Positions 30,532 to 44,069 of a stretch of 64,000 nt of DNA are shown piece by piece (the stretch's first letter is position 1; every line of letters begins with the position of its first letter). The stretch covers positions 160,001-224,000 of the forward strand of contig JBCBZJ010000002.1 in the NCBI GenBank assembly GCA_039815375.1, given 5' to 3'. Origin of the DNA: Verrucomicrobiota bacterium. Lineage in GTDB: Bacteria; Verrucomicrobiota; Verrucomicrobiia; Opitutales; Coraliomargaritaceae. The notes under the pieces are model-generated. The model was not told where the DNA came from. It did not search any database and saw only the letters and a list, made by a program, of their open reading frames with translations. The position numbers and the translations under genes are program-made.

Positions 30532-33500
30532 ATGAACGAATCCGAACTATCTGGACCACATTACTGGAAGAGCCTCGACGACCTAGCCGAGACGCCTGCC
30601 TTCCACGAATGGGTTGAGCGTGAATTCCCTGCTGGAGCCTCCGAAATGGAGGGTGTTAATCGACGCCAATTCATGAAGGTAATGGCCGCATCCTTCGGTC
30701 TCGCTGGACTCGGTATGGCCGGCTGCCGTCGCCCCGAGCAAACCATCCTTCCATACTCTCAGCAGCCGGAGAACCTTATCCCCGGTGTTCCTGTTTATTA
30801 CACGACGTCGATGCCCCGTGCTCAGGGCAATATGCCCGTTATCGCGGAAACGCACATGGGCCGTCCGACCAAGGTCGAAGGTAACCCAAGCTATAAGCCC
30901 TATAACGGAGCCACCGACGTTTATACTCAGGCCAGCATTCTCGATCTTTATGATCCGGATCGTGCGACGAAGAGCCGCAAAAGAGGTGCCGTAGTTTCCG
31001 ATATTGCAGTGCGTGACATGCTCGCCGAACTGAGTGCTACTCATGCAGTTGATGGTGGGGAGGGCCTCCTCTTTCTGGCAGAGCCGAGCACTTCCCCAAG
31101 TCGGGCCAGACTGGCCGCTTCAATCAAGGCCAAGTTGCCGAAAGCAACCTGGACTGAATATGCGCCTCTGTCCTATGCCGCTCCGGAAAAGGCAGCTGAA
31201 AAAGTCTTTGGTAAGCCGCTCCGCAGCATGCCGAAGTTTGAGAAGGCCAAGCGCGTGCTATCGATTGATTCTGACTTCCTTCACTCTGGACCAGCTTCAC
31301 TCCAATACGCTCGTGGTTTCGCGAAGACCCGCCGGGTCGAAAATTCTGAAGAGGCGACTAAGATGAACCGCCTTTATTCAGTCGAGAGCGGTATGACCTC
31401 GACTGGTGCGATGGGCGACCATCGTCTTCGTCTTTCAAGTAGTCAGATGGGTGCCTTTACCGCTAAAATTGCACTTGCGCTGGGTATCGCATTACCTTCA
31501 AAGGCACAAAGCGCTGCGGATTCGCTCAGCGTTGATTCCAAGTGGATCGAAGAGTGTGCAGCTGACTTGAAGGAGTATGCCGGCAAAGCACTTGTCATTG
31601 CCGGCGAGCACCTGCCTGAGTCCGTGCACGCCTTAGTCATTGCGATTAATGCAGAACTTAAGGCTCCGATTGATTATCTGGAGGTCCCCGCCGCTGCAGC
31701 TGGAATCGACGTTGCAGCTGCGCGTCTCCAAGAGGGTGTAAAAACACTCGTTGTGCTTGGTGGGAACCCGGTTTATGATGCTCCGGCTGACCTTGGTTTC
31801 AAAGCCTTAATGAACAAGGCCGATGAGAGCATCCATCTGAGCTACAGTTACAATGAGACCTCAGCCGAGGCAGATACTCTGATCGCTCAATCGCACTACC
31901 TCGAAAGTTGGGGCGACGGTCGCACCTATGACGGCACACTTGTTCCGGTCCAACCCATGATTGAGCCGCTTTTCCCCGCGTTTTGTGAGCTCGAAGTGCT
32001 CGCGCGGATCGCAGACGAGGAAGTTATGGACCCCTATGCTATCGCGAACGCGACCTTCCTTGCTGAAGGTGGGGTAGATTATAACAAGTTCCTCAGCGAC
32101 GGCCTGCTCCCGAACTCGGGATACGTTAAGGGCTCGAACCAAGTGAATGCTTCGGCGGTCGCATCTGCGCTGGTTATCGATGAGCTCAATGCTTTCCAAC
32201 TGAGTTCTGATTCGCTCGAGGTCCGCTTTGAGCCGAGCTCACACGGCTACGATGGCCGTTATGCCAATAACGGATGGATGATGGAAGCGCCCGACAGCAT
32301 GACAAAGCTGACTTGGGACAATGCCATTTTGATCAGTCCGCGTTTAGCTAAAGAACTCCAAAAAGAGCAGGGCGTGCAGATTTTCCCCGGCCTTTCCCTC
32401 ATGAGTAATTCGGAGAGCGCCCTCGGTGGTTTCTTCGAAGCAGCGAAGGGTCAGCAACAAACCAATAAGGCTCAGTTCAAGCGTGGTAAGGAAGAGGCAG
32501 TTGTCGCCGAGCTTACACTGGATGGTCGCACCATTAAGGCGCCGATCCACGTTGTGCCGGGTATGGCAAACTACACTATTATTCTTCCTCTCGGCCTTGG
32601 TCGCACGGAAGTAGGCCGCGTCGGTAAGGGTGTTGGATTCGATGCTTATAAGCTTCGCACGTCTACAGGCATGGCTTGCGCGCTCGGTGCTGCGCTCAAG
32701 CTGACTAAAGAAACATATCGCCTCGCCAATACTCAGGAGCACTGGTCGATGGAAGGTCGTGCCATTGTTCGTGAAGCCACCGCGAAATATTACAAGGAGC
32801 ACTCGGACTTTGCCAACAAGATGGGTGTTGAGTCACACGCGCCGCCAAATTACGGCAAAGACGAGAAGAAGTCCGAAGCCTACAAAGCTCTGGAAACGCC
32901 TCGCGGCGGTTCGTCCTACGAGCATCCGGACCATAAGGGTGCTCCGCCTAATGTGAACATTTGGAAGGGCCACGAGGATAAGTTTCCGCACACCCAGCAG
33001 TGGGGTATGGCCATTGATATGAACACCTGCACCGGCTGCACAGCCTGTGTGGTTGCCTGCCAAAGTGAAAATAACATTCCGATCGTCGGTAAGGATCAGG
33101 TCCTCCGCGGTCGTGAAATGCACTGGATGCGTATGGACCGCTATTTCTCCGCCGAGAAAGCGGAACCGAGCGAGATTCCGGAGGATGTTCAAGTCTCCTT
33201 CATGGGGGTTTCCTGCATGCACTGTGAAAATGCACCTTGCGAAAGCGTCTGCCCGGTTAATGCAACCGTTCACGATCGCCAGGGCCTTAATACGATGGCC
33301 TATAATCGCTGCGTCGGCACACGTTACTGTGCCAACAACTGCCCCTACAAGGTTCGTCGCTTCAACTTCTTCGATTGGAACAAGCGTCAGCCCGGTGACT
33401 TTTACAAGGGCCCATTCGGCAAGGTCGACGAACCCGAACTCGAAAAGATGCGGGCCAATCCAAACGTTACCGTTCGTATGCGTGGTGTCATGGAGAAGTG

Positions 33501-33921
33501 CACCTATTGCACACAGCGTATCGAGGCTGCTAAGATCGATCAAAAGTCCAAGGCTGGTGCGTCCGCCGACATCCATGTTCCGGATGGCAAGATCAAGACG
33601 GCCTGTCAGCAGGTTTGCCCGACCGATGCGATTACCTTTGGTGACGTAGCGGATCCGAACTCTGAGGTGTCAAAGATGAAAGCCAGCGACCGAAATTACT
33701 CTGTTCTCGGCTACCTCAACGTCCGTCCGCGGACGACTTACCTTGCCCGTCTTCGCAACCCGAACCCGAAGATGCCGGACACCTACAAGAAGCCGTTCGC
33801 CTATGCTCAATATAAGGCGCGTTACGGCAGCCAGTCCAAGGCGACTGATAAATATGCGGATCCGAAACACGATGAACATGGCCATAAGGACCATGCTCAC
33901 CATGAGGACCACGCTCACTAA
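30532..33921 (+). CDS. actB: Alternative complex III molybdopterin-oxidoreductase-like/Fe-S subunit
   Basis: YWKSL..L, Tat motif [18 protein letters not shown]-terminal Fe-S motifs [41 protein letters not shown]...CQQVCP. Confidence 0.92.
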   Translation: MNESELSGPHYWKSLDDLAETPAFHEWVEREFPAGASEMEGVNRRQFMKVMAASFGLAGLGMAGCRRPEQTILPYSQQPENLIPGVPVYYTTSMPRAQGNMPVIAETHMGRPTKVEGNPSYKPYNGATDVYTQASILDLYDPDRATKSRKRGAVVSDIAVRDMLAELSATHAVDGGEGLLFLAEPSTSPSRARLAASIKAKLPKATWTEYAPLSYAAPEKAAEKVFGKPLRSMPKFEKAKRVLSIDSDFLHSGPASLQYARGFAKTRRVENSEEATKMNRLYSVESGMTSTGAMGDHRLRLSSSQMGAFTAKIALALGIALPSKAQSAADSLSVDSKWIEECAADLKEYAGKALVIAGEHLPESVHALVIAINAELKAPIDYLEVPAAAAGIDVAAARLQEGVKTLVVLGGNPVYDAPADLGFKALMNKADESIHLSYSYNETSAEADTLIAQSHYLESWGDGRTYDGTLVPVQPMIEPLFPAFCELEVLARIADEEVMDPYAIANATFLAEGGVDYNKFLSDGLLPNSGYVKGSNQVNASAVASALVIDELNAFQLSSDSLEVRFEPSSHGYDGRYANNGWMMEAPDSMTKLTWDNAILISPRLAKELQKEQGVQIFPGLSLMSNSESALGGFFEAAKGQQQTNKAQFKRGKEEAVVAELTLDGRTIKAPIHVVPGMANYTIILPLGLGRTEVGRVGKGVGFDAYKLRTSTGMACALGAALKLTKETYRLANTQEHWSMEGRAIVREATAKYYKEHSDFANKMGVESHAPPNYGKDEKKSEAYKALETPRGGSSYEHPDHKGAPPNVNIWKGHEDKFPHTQQWGMAIDMNTCTGCTACVVACQSENNIPIVGKDQVLRGREMHWMRMDRYFSAEKAEPSEIPEDVQVSFMGVSCMHCENAPCESVCPVNATVHDRQGLNTMAYNRCVGTRYCANNCPYKVRRFNFFDWNKRQPGDFYKGPFGKVDEPELEKMRANPNVTVRMRGVMEKCTYCTQRIEAAKIDQKSKAGASADIHVPDGKIKTACQQVCPTDAITFGDVADPNSEVSKMKASDRNYSVLGYLNVRPRTTYLARLRNPNPKMPDTYKKPFAYAQYKARYGSQSKATDKYADPKHDEHGHKDHAHHEDHAH

Positions 33922-33953
33922 ACCGACGAACGCACACACATTTACCTAACGAC

Positions 33954-35464
<1,511 letters not shown>

Positions 35465-35465
<1 letters not shown>

Positions 35466-35995
35466 TGTCTAACTTACACAGCATCATAGCGAGCTTTCCG
35501 GATACACCAAGCTTCTTCCATGCCGCAGAGGAGGTCAGAGATGCCGGTTACAAGAAATGGGACACCTATTCGTCCTTCCCGGTTCACGGCATGCCGGCGG
35601 CACAAGGCCAGCCTCGCTCCAAAGTTCCGATTTTTACTTTCTTCGGAGGCCTGACCGGGTTTACGCTCGGCACCCTTATCGTTTGGTTCATGGGCTCTTA
35701 CGACTACCCGCTCATCGTTGGTGGTAAACCTTTCTTTAGCCCGGTTTTTCCCTTTCCGGTGATGTACGAGCTAACCATTCTGCTCTCGGCATTCGGCACA
35801 CTCGGGGGTATGTTCATCATGAACTTGCTTCCGCAGCACCATCACCCGCTTTTTGAGAGTGATACCTTTCTCGAAACTGCCGGGGACCGCCTTATCATTG
35901 CGATCGAGTCAAGAGACCCGAAATTTGATCCTGTTGCCACGCGCCAATTCCTCGAAGAGATTGGTGGAACTGATATTGAGGAGGTCTCTGCGTAG
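35465..35995 (+). CDS. actD: Alternative complex III subunit D (DUF3341)
   Basis: [20 protein letters not shown]. Confidence 0.9.
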
Positions 35996-36004
35996 ATAAA
36001 GATC

Positions 36005-36658
36005 ATGCGAATTTTCCTCATTATATATGTATTTTTGATTGCTGCGGTTGTTTCGATCTTCGGTTTCCGCGGTCAGCTCAGCGAGAAAACACCGATCGAG
36101 ATTTTTCCTGATATGGACCGTCAGGCCAGGTACAAGCCTCAGGGAGAAAACGGCTTTTTCTCAGATGGTCGCAATGACCGTCCAGTCCCTATCAATACAG
36201 TGGCCCGCGGTAATTACCTGAACTATGAGCAGGTTTTCTCGGAAGACTTCGAGGATACAATGCTCGGAGATTCGGCTTTTGTCTTTGGCAAGAATTCCGA
36301 TGGTTCTTTTGTTCAGAAACTTCCGATTGATGTCGACAATGCCTTCATGTTAAAAGGTAAGGAGAAGTATGAGATCTTCTGCACCTCCTGTCATGGTTCG
36401 GCTGGCGACGGTAACGGGGTAACCAAACCTTATGGGGTTCTCGCGACATCCTATCACGATGATCGCCTCCGTAATGAAACAGACGGATACATTTACGACG
36501 TGATCGCAAACGGCAAGGGCCAGATGTATGGCCTAAAAGACCGTTTGTCACCGGAAGAGCGCTGGGCCATTGTTCTCTACGTCCGTGCACTGCAACGCTC
36601 ACAGAACGCTACTGCGGATGATGTTCCTGCAGGTCAACGTGCGGAATTAGGAATTTAA
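36005..36658 (+). CDS. actE: Alternative complex III monoheme cytochrome c
   Basis: PDMDRQ, TVARG, CTSCH, RWAIVLYVRALQ. Confidence 0.9.
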   Translation: MRIFLIIYVFLIAAVVSIFGFRGQLSEKTPIEIFPDMDRQARYKPQGENGFFSDGRNDRPVPINTVARGNYLNYEQVFSEDFEDTMLGDSAFVFGKNSDGSFVQKLPIDVDNAFMLKGKEKYEIFCTSCHGSAGDGNGVTKPYGVLATSYHDDRLRNETDGYIYDVIANGKGQMYGLKDRLSPEERWAIVLYVRALQRSQNATADDVPAGQRAELGI

Positions 36659-36663
36659 CGGTC

Positions 36664-37935
36664 ATGAGTTCGGATAACACACAAACAAAAGGCAAAGACC
36701 CCTCAAGCATCGCTTTGGTGCTGGGTATCATTGGCCTCATCGTTGCCGGGTTCGGCTTTTACCAAGGTTGGGAAGGTCACGATGCGCGGCCTCTTATGAG
36801 CTGGCTTATAGGTATTGCATTCTGGTTGATGATTGGGGTTGGCATGCTTTTTCTGACACAAATCTGGTATGTTTTCCACGCCCGGTGGCCAGTTGTGGTG
36901 CGCCGCCAATGCGAGCACTATTTCTCCGTTTTCCCGTGGCTCTTCCTGCTTTTCATTCCACTGCTTGCAGTTCCTTTTTTCCACGAAAATCCGGGGCTCC
37001 TCTGGAAGTGGATGAACGGCGTCAACGAGCTGCCGGGCCATGGCACAGTGGGTGAAGATCCCCTCTATCAGTGGAAATCGCCATATCTGAACATCGGATT
37101 TTTTGTGATCCGCGCCATTTTCGTCTTTGGTGCCTTCACCGCAATCTCTGCATTGCTACGCAAATGGTCCTTCGACACCGATAAGACCGGTGACATTAAC
37201 AACACGCACAATGCGCGTCGATTCTCGTCTGCGGGCCTCTTCATTTGTGCGGTTGCGGCTACAGTTGGTGCGATTGATTGGCTTAAGTCTTTGGAATACC
37301 ACTGGTTCTCTACCATGTATGGAGTTTGGTTCTTCGCTGCATCGATGCGTGCAGCTCTTGCCTTCCTTATTATCTTATGCGTGATTCTTGCTACAAAGGG
37401 CTACCTTAAGGGCATTTTTAATCAGGCACACCGCTACGATATCGGCTGTATGATGTTGGCCTTTACCGTTTTCTGGGCCTACATCAGTTTCTCCCAATAT
37501 TTTATCATCTACAATGCCAACATACCTGAAGAAACCTTCTGGTATAACATTCGTGAGAAGAACTACGACGGTAGCCTTAACTCCTGGTGGTGGGTTAGTA
37601 TGGGGCTGGTTTTCGGGCAGTTCCTTTTCCCGTTCCTGCTGCTCTTGTGGTATAAGACCAAAGTTGTGATTTGGCGCAGTATTTTCGTCTCATGCTGGAT
37701 TTTGACCTTTACCGTCCTCGACCTCTACTGGAACATACTACCGGGCAAGCTCGTTGTTCCGGATCACGGGGAAGGTTATCTTATCCGCCAATTCTCGATC
37801 AGCATTTATGATATTTCTGCCCTTGTGGGTGTTGGTGGTATCTGCATCTGGGTGATGCTTCGCAGTATGAAAAAAACCGAACCGATCCCGATTCGTGATC
37901 CGAACATCTTGAAATCCATAAACTACGCCGAGTAA
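36664..37935 (+). CDS. actF: Alternative complex III membrane subunit F
   Basis: SLEYHWFSTMYG, FWAYISFSQYFIIYNANIPEET. Confidence 0.9.
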   Translation: MSSDNTQTKGKDPSSIALVLGIIGLIVAGFGFYQGWEGHDARPLMSWLIGIAFWLMIGVGMLFLTQIWYVFHARWPVVVRRQCEHYFSVFPWLFLLFIPLLAVPFFHENPGLLWKWMNGVNELPGHGTVGEDPLYQWKSPYLNIGFFVIRAIFVFGAFTAISALLRKWSFDTDKTGDINNTHNARRFSSAGLFICAVAATVGAIDWLKSLEYHWFSTMYGVWFFAASMRAALAFLIILCVILATKGYLKGIFNQAHRYDIGCMMLAFTVFWAYISFSQYFIIYNANIPEETFWYNIREKNYDGSLNSWWWVSMGLVFGQFLFPFLLLLWYKTKVVIWRSIFVSCWILTFTVLDLYWNILPGKLVVPDHGEGYLIRQFSISIYDISALVGVGGICIWVMLRSMKKTEPIPIRDPNILKSINYAE

Positions 37936-37942
37936 TTTCATC

Positions 37943-38218
37943 ATGTCAGATTCAGCTACTCAAAATACTCCCTGGCTCACTCTCTTTGGCAGCCTTGGTG
38001 CGATTCTTATTTTCGTCCTGATTATTTATTTGGCATACCTGCCGAATCGTCCCGAGCCTATCAACGTAGCGGTAGCCGAAGCGCGTCAGGCTAAGGCAGA
38101 TGAGGCCCGTGCCGCTGGCCTTGCTAAGATTTCCGGCTATGCCGTTTCCTCCACCGGGTCTATTCAAGTTCCTATCGAAGACGCAATGGAGCTGGTTGTT
38201 GAGGAATACAAAGACTAA
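37943..38218 (+). CDS. Small single-TM protein, ActG-like
   Basis: One TM helix and C-terminal QVPIEDAMELVV; lies directly after actF. Confidence 0.65.
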   Translation: MSDSATQNTPWLTLFGSLGAILIFVLIIYLAYLPNRPEPINVAVAEARQAKADEARAAGLAKISGYAVSSTGSIQVPIEDAMELVVEEYKD

Positions 38219-38337
38219 TCACGTAATACCTTTAGGTATCCACTAAGGAAGAAAACTCGACTAATAGCTTTGTTTAAGCGGACTTATCACCTTTCAGGGT
38301 TTTAGCGTTTTATCCTATTTCTGATTTATCATCCTGA

Positions 38338-38562
38338 ATGGACGTTTACGATTATAAAGAATTACTACCAATCATATTGCTTGGAATAGCTTTCTTTTCG
38401 GTTTCTATCACGATGTTGTATTGGTCAGCGAAAAAAGGCCAACTACGAGAGTTTGACGAGCAAGCAAAGACCATTTTTACAGACGAGGAGCCGGAAGGGG
38501 AACTTACTGATTCTTTTCCTGCATCGAAGTCATCAACTCGTAAATCGTCTCGAAAATCTTAA
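38338..38562 (+). CDS. ccoS: cbb3 oxidase maturation protein CcoS-like
   Basis: TM helix followed by WSAKKGQ; stop overlaps the ccoN start. Confidence 0.7.
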   Translation: MDVYDYKELLPIILLGIAFFSVSITMLYWSAKKGQLREFDEQAKTIFTDEEPEGELTDSFPASKSSTRKSSRKS

Positions 38563-40040
38563 TGAGCCAAGAGCCTTCAATTTTATCACCATCATCCAAT
38601 CCGTATTCGTCGGACAGCGCGGCTGTTCGTGCGGAGCTCAGTCAGATTGATGTTTCGATTCGCTCGGCGGCTTTGTTTTTCGTGGTCTCGGCAATTGGCT
38701 GGCTGATGATTGGGACGGTGTTTGCTTTGATCACGGCATTTAAAGCACACCAGCCGGACTTTCTTGGCGCTTACGAGTTTCTCACTTTCGGACGGGTGCG
38801 GTCTGCTCATTTGAACGCGATGGCTCTTGGCTGGGGGAACAACGTTATTTATGCGGTTGGTCTTTGGATTATGGCTCGCCTTTGTCGTGCACCGGTCGAA
38901 CACAAAGGTCTTCTTTTTATCGCTGGAGCTTTCTGGAACATAGGGCTAACTATCGGTGTTATCGGGATTCTTCGTGGTGATATCACTTCGGTCGAATGGC
39001 TTGAGATTCCGCAATACGCTACACCAATGCTAGCGATTTCCTACGCTTTGATTGGGGTTTGGGGCATCATTGCTTTCCGTTTCCGTAAGGGGGATCACGT
39101 GTATGTTTCCCAATGGTATATTCTTGCTGCACTTTTCTGGTTTCCTTGGCTCTACGTTATCGCACAAGCCATGATCATTTGGTTCCCGGCGCGGGGCGTT
39201 GTGCAATCGCTGACAAATTGGTGGTTCGCCCATAACGTGCTAGGCCTCTGGCTTACCCCAATGGCACTGGCGACCGCATATTATCTGATCCCAAAGGTTT
39301 TAGGTCGGCCGATTTATTCCTACTACCTGTCAGTTCTCGGATTCTGGGCCCTTGCTATCTTTTACAATTGGGCCGGTGTGCACCACTTGATCGGAGGCCC
39401 AATTCCGGTTTGGCTGATTTCTGCCGGGATCGTCGGCTCGGTTATGATGGTGATCCCCGTCATTGTCGTTGGCCTCAACCACCACATGACGGTGGTTGGC
39501 TTCCATAAAGAAGTCTGGCGAAGCCCGACACTTCGCTTTACCCTTTTTGGAGCGATCTCTTACACTTTGGTTAGCCTCATAGGTTCTTCGATGGCGCTTC
39601 GCTCGGTCAATGAGGTCACCCACTTTACCCACTTCACCGTGGGGCATGCGCATCATGGTGTCTATGCATTCTTCACTATGATCATGTTCGGTGGCGTTTA
39701 TTACATGATGCCTCGGTTGCTTAAACGAGAGTGGCCTTCGGCTGGCCTGATACGTCTGCATTTCTGGGGTTCTGCTATCGGTATAACGATCATGGTGGTT
39801 GCACTTCAGGCGGGTGGATGGATTCAGGGGCTCGAAATGAATAATCCTGAAATCCCATTCCTTGAAACTGTCAAAAATACGGTTCCTTGGCTCAAGGCGC
39901 GTTCGATTTCCGGAATTTTCCTGACTGTTGGTCATATCGCCTTTGGCGTGAACTTCTTCTGGATGTTGTTTGCGGCCGGTGCGGTTCGTGCAAAGGAAGG
40001 TCCGACATTGTTGAGTGAGGAGGGCAGTGCGGCACAATGA
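38562..40040 (+). CDS. ccoN: cbb3-type cytochrome c oxidase subunit I
   Basis: [31 protein letters not shown]: all heme/CuB histidines and the helix VII Tyr are present. Confidence 0.92.
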   Translation: MSQEPSILSPSSNPYSSDSAAVRAELSQIDVSIRSAALFFVVSAIGWLMIGTVFALITAFKAHQPDFLGAYEFLTFGRVRSAHLNAMALGWGNNVIYAVGLWIMARLCRAPVEHKGLLFIAGAFWNIGLTIGVIGILRGDITSVEWLEIPQYATPMLAISYALIGVWGIIAFRFRKGDHVYVSQWYILAALFWFPWLYVIAQAMIIWFPARGVVQSLTNWWFAHNVLGLWLTPMALATAYYLIPKVLGRPIYSYYLSVLGFWALAIFYNWAGVHHLIGGPIPVWLISAGIVGSVMMVIPVIVVGLNHHMTVVGFHKEVWRSPTLRFTLFGAISYTLVSLIGSSMALRSVNEVTHFTHFTVGHAHHGVYAFFTMIMFGGVYYMMPRLLKREWPSAGLIRLHFWGSAIGITIMVVALQAGGWIQGLEMNNPEIPFLETVKNTVPWLKARSISGIFLTVGHIAFGVNFFWMLFAAGAVRAKEGPTLLSEEGSAAQ

Positions 40041-40714
40041 GAAATCTGCCATTACTTTTCTGCGGCATCTTTTTTGCCCTCGCATTCTCCTATACCGGTC
40101 TGATCGTTACCGGAAATATTCAGATTGGTTCACTTGAGCCCATCACGGAGACGCTAGTTCCTTCGGATGATGATCCTACAGTTATGGTCATGCCGGAGGG
40201 TGAACCTGTTTTCCCGCAAAAGGCCTCAGGCGTTGCTCAGCAAGGCAAGCAGGTTTACATCGAAATGGGCTGCATGTATTGCCATAGTCAGCAGGTTCGG
40301 CGTGAAACCTTCGGTGCTGATTTCGTCCGCGGTTGGGGTCCCCGCCAAACCGTCGAACGAGATTATATCCTGCAAGACCGCGTTCTTCTTGGCACGATGC
40401 GCACAGGACCGGACCTTGCTCACCTTGGTGGGCGTTATGCGGGTGACGCGGGCCGTGAGTGGAATCACCTTCACCTCTACAACCCACAAATTGTCTCCGA
40501 GGGCTCGACCATGCCGCCATTTGCTTTCCTATACAAAACGCAGGAGATCGCTAACGAACCCTCGAAAAATGCTCTTAATTTTCCTCCCGGCTCGGAGTAT
40601 GCGCCTGAGCCCGGCTATGAAGTCGTCCCTACCCGCCGGGCAGAGGCTTTGGTTGAATATCTTCTTAGTCTAAAAATCGACTACAGTCTGCCAGAGGCTC
40701 CTATTATAGAATAA
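40037..40714 (+). CDS. ccoO: cbb3-type cytochrome c oxidase subunit II
   Basis: [23 protein letters not shown] overlap with ccoN. Confidence 0.9.
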   Translation: MRNLPLLFCGIFFALAFSYTGLIVTGNIQIGSLEPITETLVPSDDDPTVMVMPEGEPVFPQKASGVAQQGKQVYIEMGCMYCHSQQVRRETFGADFVRGWGPRQTVERDYILQDRVLLGTMRTGPDLAHLGGRYAGDAGREWNHLHLYNPQIVSEGSTMPPFAFLYKTQEIANEPSKNALNFPPGSEYAPEPGYEVVPTRRAEALVEYLLSLKIDYSLPEAPIIE

Positions 40715-41487
40715 TGAGCGACGAAGAAACAAAGCAGCCCAATTCGCAAAGCCGTGAGTCGCTTGAAATGGCGGCCATGCAGGACGAGCAGATGCAGGAC
40801 GTCCACTCGCAGCTTATGCGTGAGAAGGAGGAACCGCAGGAAGGATTCAATCCTGTCCCTATCTTTCTCCTGTTTATTTTTGCTGCGCTCTGCTTCTGGG
40901 GCGGGGTTTACCTGGTGCACTACGGTGGCGACTTCAGGGCCGATGTATTCGATCCGAATTTTGATCCGGCTGCTTCCGCAGCACCTCGACCGGAAATCGG
41001 GCTCTTCGAACGTGGCGCCAAGATTTACCGTGCGCAGTGCATTGCCTGTCACCAAGAAGATGGCAATGGTGTTCCAGGAGTCTATCCTCCGCTTGTGGCT
41101 TCCGATTGGGTGACTGGTCACTCCGAAGTTCTTGCGCGCATTTTGATTAACGGGCTGAACGGTCCGATTGTCGTCAAAGACAATACCTATAACGGTAACA
41201 TGCCTGCCTTCGGTCCTGGGGGGCTCAATCTTCGGCCGAAGGATCTTGCAGGTGTGATGACTTACATCCGACAGGAGTGGGGGAATTCTGCTCCTGACAT
41301 GACCGAGGACATGGTTGTCGCCTACCTGGATACCTACGCCAGCCGTAGCACCCCTTGGCAGGCACCGGACCTTAGACTTGATCTGAGCGCAGATCCGGCA
41401 AGCGCTTCAGCGCCAGCTGAGGACGCTGCCGAAGCTGTTATCGAGGAAGAAGTCGAAGCCATTGAAGAAGAGAAAGAACCTTCTTAG
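40714..41487 (+). CDS. Membrane-anchored monoheme cytochrome c (in the CcoP position)
   Basis: TM helix, a single CIACH, YPPL, MPAF; acidic tail. Confidence 0.8.
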   Translation: MSDEETKQPNSQSRESLEMAAMQDEQMQDVHSQLMREKEEPQEGFNPVPIFLLFIFAALCFWGGVYLVHYGGDFRADVFDPNFDPAASAAPRPEIGLFERGAKIYRAQCIACHQEDGNGVPGVYPPLVASDWVTGHSEVLARILINGLNGPIVVKDNTYNGNMPAFGPGGLNLRPKDLAGVMTYIRQEWGNSAPDMTEDMVVAYLDTYASRSTPWQAPDLRLDLSADPASASAPAEDAAEAVIEEEVEAIEEEKEPS

Positions 41488-41542
41488 CGACTTTTCGAAA
41501 TTCAGCTTCCCATCATCGATTGCCTGATCCATCTTTGCTGCG

Positions 41543-44041
41543 ATGTTAGCTGAGGCTGGAGTAAGTGCTTGGGCGCGATTTAACGAGGAAGCAGACGAGT
41601 ATTCACCCCTCGTTGATGTTCTCGGCAATGCCTCAGCGCGTGACCTGAAAGAGAGACAGAAGCGGCTCAATCGCGCAGTCGACGAGCTGGGTGTGCAGTT
41701 TTCTGAAACTGGCCGTAGATCGGCTGCGAACCCCTGGCGCCTGGATCTCTTTCCCCAGATGTTTCTACCCGATGTCTGGCGACGGATCGAGGCTGGTGTA
41801 GTGCAGCGTGCTTTGGCTTTCAACGCCTACGCAACCGACATTTTCGGTCCACAGGAAATCCTTAGACAACGGGTTATCCCACATGGTATCGCTCTCCGCG
41901 ACCCTGCCTTTCTAAGGCCTTTGAGCGGGATCGAGGTTCCGAATGGGGAGTATTCACAATTCGGTGCTTTTGACCTGGTTGAGACGGAACCCGGGAATTG
42001 GAAAGTTGTCGAGCACCACATGGGCACTCCTTTCGGTCTCGCACATGTTCTTCAAAATCGCCGCATTCTGTCTGAAGTTTACCCTGAGCTCTATGAGCAG
42101 GTCGACGCCGCGCCAGTAGCCGGATTCAGCACTTTCTTACTCGAAATGCTGCGTGCGCAATCGGACAAGATCAATCCGCATGTGCTTTTGCTGACTGCAG
42201 GTTTGCCTGGCCAAGCTTACTTTGAAGAGGCACTTCTTGCCCGTCATATGGGTATATCCATTGCACAACCCGGCGATCTTATTGTTCGAGACAGTCGGGT
42301 CTTTCTTCGAACTATTCGAGGGCTAGAGCCGGTTGACGTGATTTACCGCCGCATTGAAAGCTCGGGAATCGACCCGATCGCGGTGCCCTCGGCCACAGGC
42401 TATGGGGTTCCCGGATTGATTAACGTCTGGCGAAAAGGTAACGTTTCCATCGTTAATGCACCAGGTGTAGGTGTGGCGGATAACCGTGCGCTGCTTCGTT
42501 ACGACGATCACATTATCACCTATTACCTCAAGCAAAGTCCTATCCTCCAGTCCGTCGATACCTATAATCTCGCGGATCTCGATCAGCGAAACTATGTTGC
42601 AGACCGAGAAGATCTACTGCTCAAACCGGTGCAAGACCACGATATCGTTTGGCAACTTTGCGGAGGGAAGCGTCCGACCGCTGCGACAGCGTCTCTTAAT
42701 CGTATTGCGCATAAACATCCCGATTATTTTGTAGCCCAACGAATCCCGGAATCCCGTCCTCTGCCCAGATACCACGAGGGTCAGTTTGAGGATGGCGCTA
42801 TCTTCCTTCGAGTATACTATATTCTCGGAAAAGAGCCAATTGTCCTTCATGGAGGTCTGGCCCGCCACCGTTCGAGTCGCCATCGAACTAGTCGCTTAAC
42901 ACTCGTTACGGATGGCCTTAAGGATGTCATTGTTCCGGATTCAGTTGTCGATAAGTCAGAACCGAAACGAAGTCCCGCCCGCATCGGGGACCGCTTCTCT
43001 ATCGGCAGCCGCGTTGCAGAATCACTCTATTGGGCCGGTCGCTATCTCGAACGAGCGGAGAATACCGCGCGTCAGTTTGAAACGCTTGAGCGGCTGCGTT
43101 GGGATCAGATGGCAAGCTCTGAGCAGCGAGCCTACTGGCCGCTCTTGCAAGCGGTTGCCGCTGCCACGGGGCAAACCGACGTAGCCAAAAAGAAAAGGCC
43201 GCCAAGTGATACGCTGCCTCTTTCAAGAAGCTTGCTCATCGACCCAAAGGAGGGGGCTTCGGTTCGGACATGTATCGAGATGGCGCGCAACGGCCTTGAG
43301 TCGGTTCGAGAGGTTATCAGCCCGGAGTGCCGCGAGGTGCTTGAAGAAATCAGCCTTTATCTGAAGTCGGCTTCATCAGTGCGAATGAGCCGGAACCGTC
43401 TTAGGGAGCTATGCCAGCGGGTTGTCAGTGAGGTAGCACGTTTTGGCGGGACAGCCGAGCGCACCATGCCTCATGATGATGCATGGCAGTTCTATCGAAT
43501 GGGCTGCTTCTTCGAGCGGGCGATGGGGATTTTGCTGCTCCTTGAAGTGGCATTGCCACGGATCGTTGAGAATTATCGTGACATGGACGAAGAAAGTGCG
43601 GAGCTCACCGCTCTCTTGCGTCTCCTCGGTTCGCTCGACGCATATCGCCGGACTTACCGTTCGCGTGCCTACATTGACCGTATCGTTGAGCTGGTCTTTA
43701 CCGGCAACTCTATCCCCAGCTCGGTTTCCTTCTGTCTGCGAAACCTGCACTATGCTGCGAGCACACTTTCCATTTCCGGCGAACGCAAACTCGGCCAAAG
43801 TCTCCTTCAACGGATTAACCACCTGATTGAGAATCTGGAGACGATTTCTTTTATCAATGAACGTCGTATTGACTACCTTGATCCCAAGCTGGATAAAGAC
43901 CCTCCAGGGTCTCGGGAACTGCAGTCCGAACTGAACCAGTGGACTCTACATCTGGAAGCGATACACGATAAAATCGAAGATGTATTTTTCAGCCATCAAG
44001 CCGCTTTCGCCCGGTCCCCCGTGCTCTTCGATATTGGTTAA
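41543..44041 (+). CDS. Circularly permuted type 2 ATP-grasp fused to alpha-E domain (DUF404/DUF403)
   Basis: VDVIYRRI, GVPGL, NAPGVGVADN; alpha-E signature SRVAESLYWAGRYLERAENTAR. Confidence 0.88.
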   Translation: MLAEAGVSAWARFNEEADEYSPLVDVLGNASARDLKERQKRLNRAVDELGVQFSETGRRSAANPWRLDLFPQMFLPDVWRRIEAGVVQRALAFNAYATDIFGPQEILRQRVIPHGIALRDPAFLRPLSGIEVPNGEYSQFGAFDLVETEPGNWKVVEHHMGTPFGLAHVLQNRRILSEVYPELYEQVDAAPVAGFSTFLLEMLRAQSDKINPHVLLLTAGLPGQAYFEEALLARHMGISIAQPGDLIVRDSRVFLRTIRGLEPVDVIYRRIESSGIDPIAVPSATGYGVPGLINVWRKGNVSIVNAPGVGVADNRALLRYDDHIITYYLKQSPILQSVDTYNLADLDQRNYVADREDLLLKPVQDHDIVWQLCGGKRPTAATASLNRIAHKHPDYFVAQRIPESRPLPRYHEGQFEDGAIFLRVYYILGKEPIVLHGGLARHRSSRHRTSRLTLVTDGLKDVIVPDSVVDKSEPKRSPARIGDRFSIGSRVAESLYWAGRYLERAENTARQFETLERLRWDQMASSEQRAYWPLLQAVAAATGQTDVAKKKRPPSDTLPLSRSLLIDPKEGASVRTCIEMARNGLESVREVISPECREVLEEISLYLKSASSVRMSRNRLRELCQRVVSEVARFGGTAERTMPHDDAWQFYRMGCFFERAMGILLLLEVALPRIVENYRDMDEESAELTALLRLLGSLDAYRRTYRSRAYIDRIVELVFTGNSIPSSVSFCLRNLHYAASTLSISGERKLGQSLLQRINHLIENLETISFINERRIDYLDPKLDKDPPGSRELQSELNQWTLHLEAIHDKIEDVFFSHQAAFARSPVLFDIG

Positions 44042-44069
44042 ATGGCCCTTCTCTTGCTTCTGAATTTCA

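Noticed and set aside
32833..33576. Long antisense or alternative-frame ORFs (also 39330-40085, 46019-46732, 7335-7973)
   Set aside because: Shadow ORFs of well-supported genes, with no recognisable motifs.
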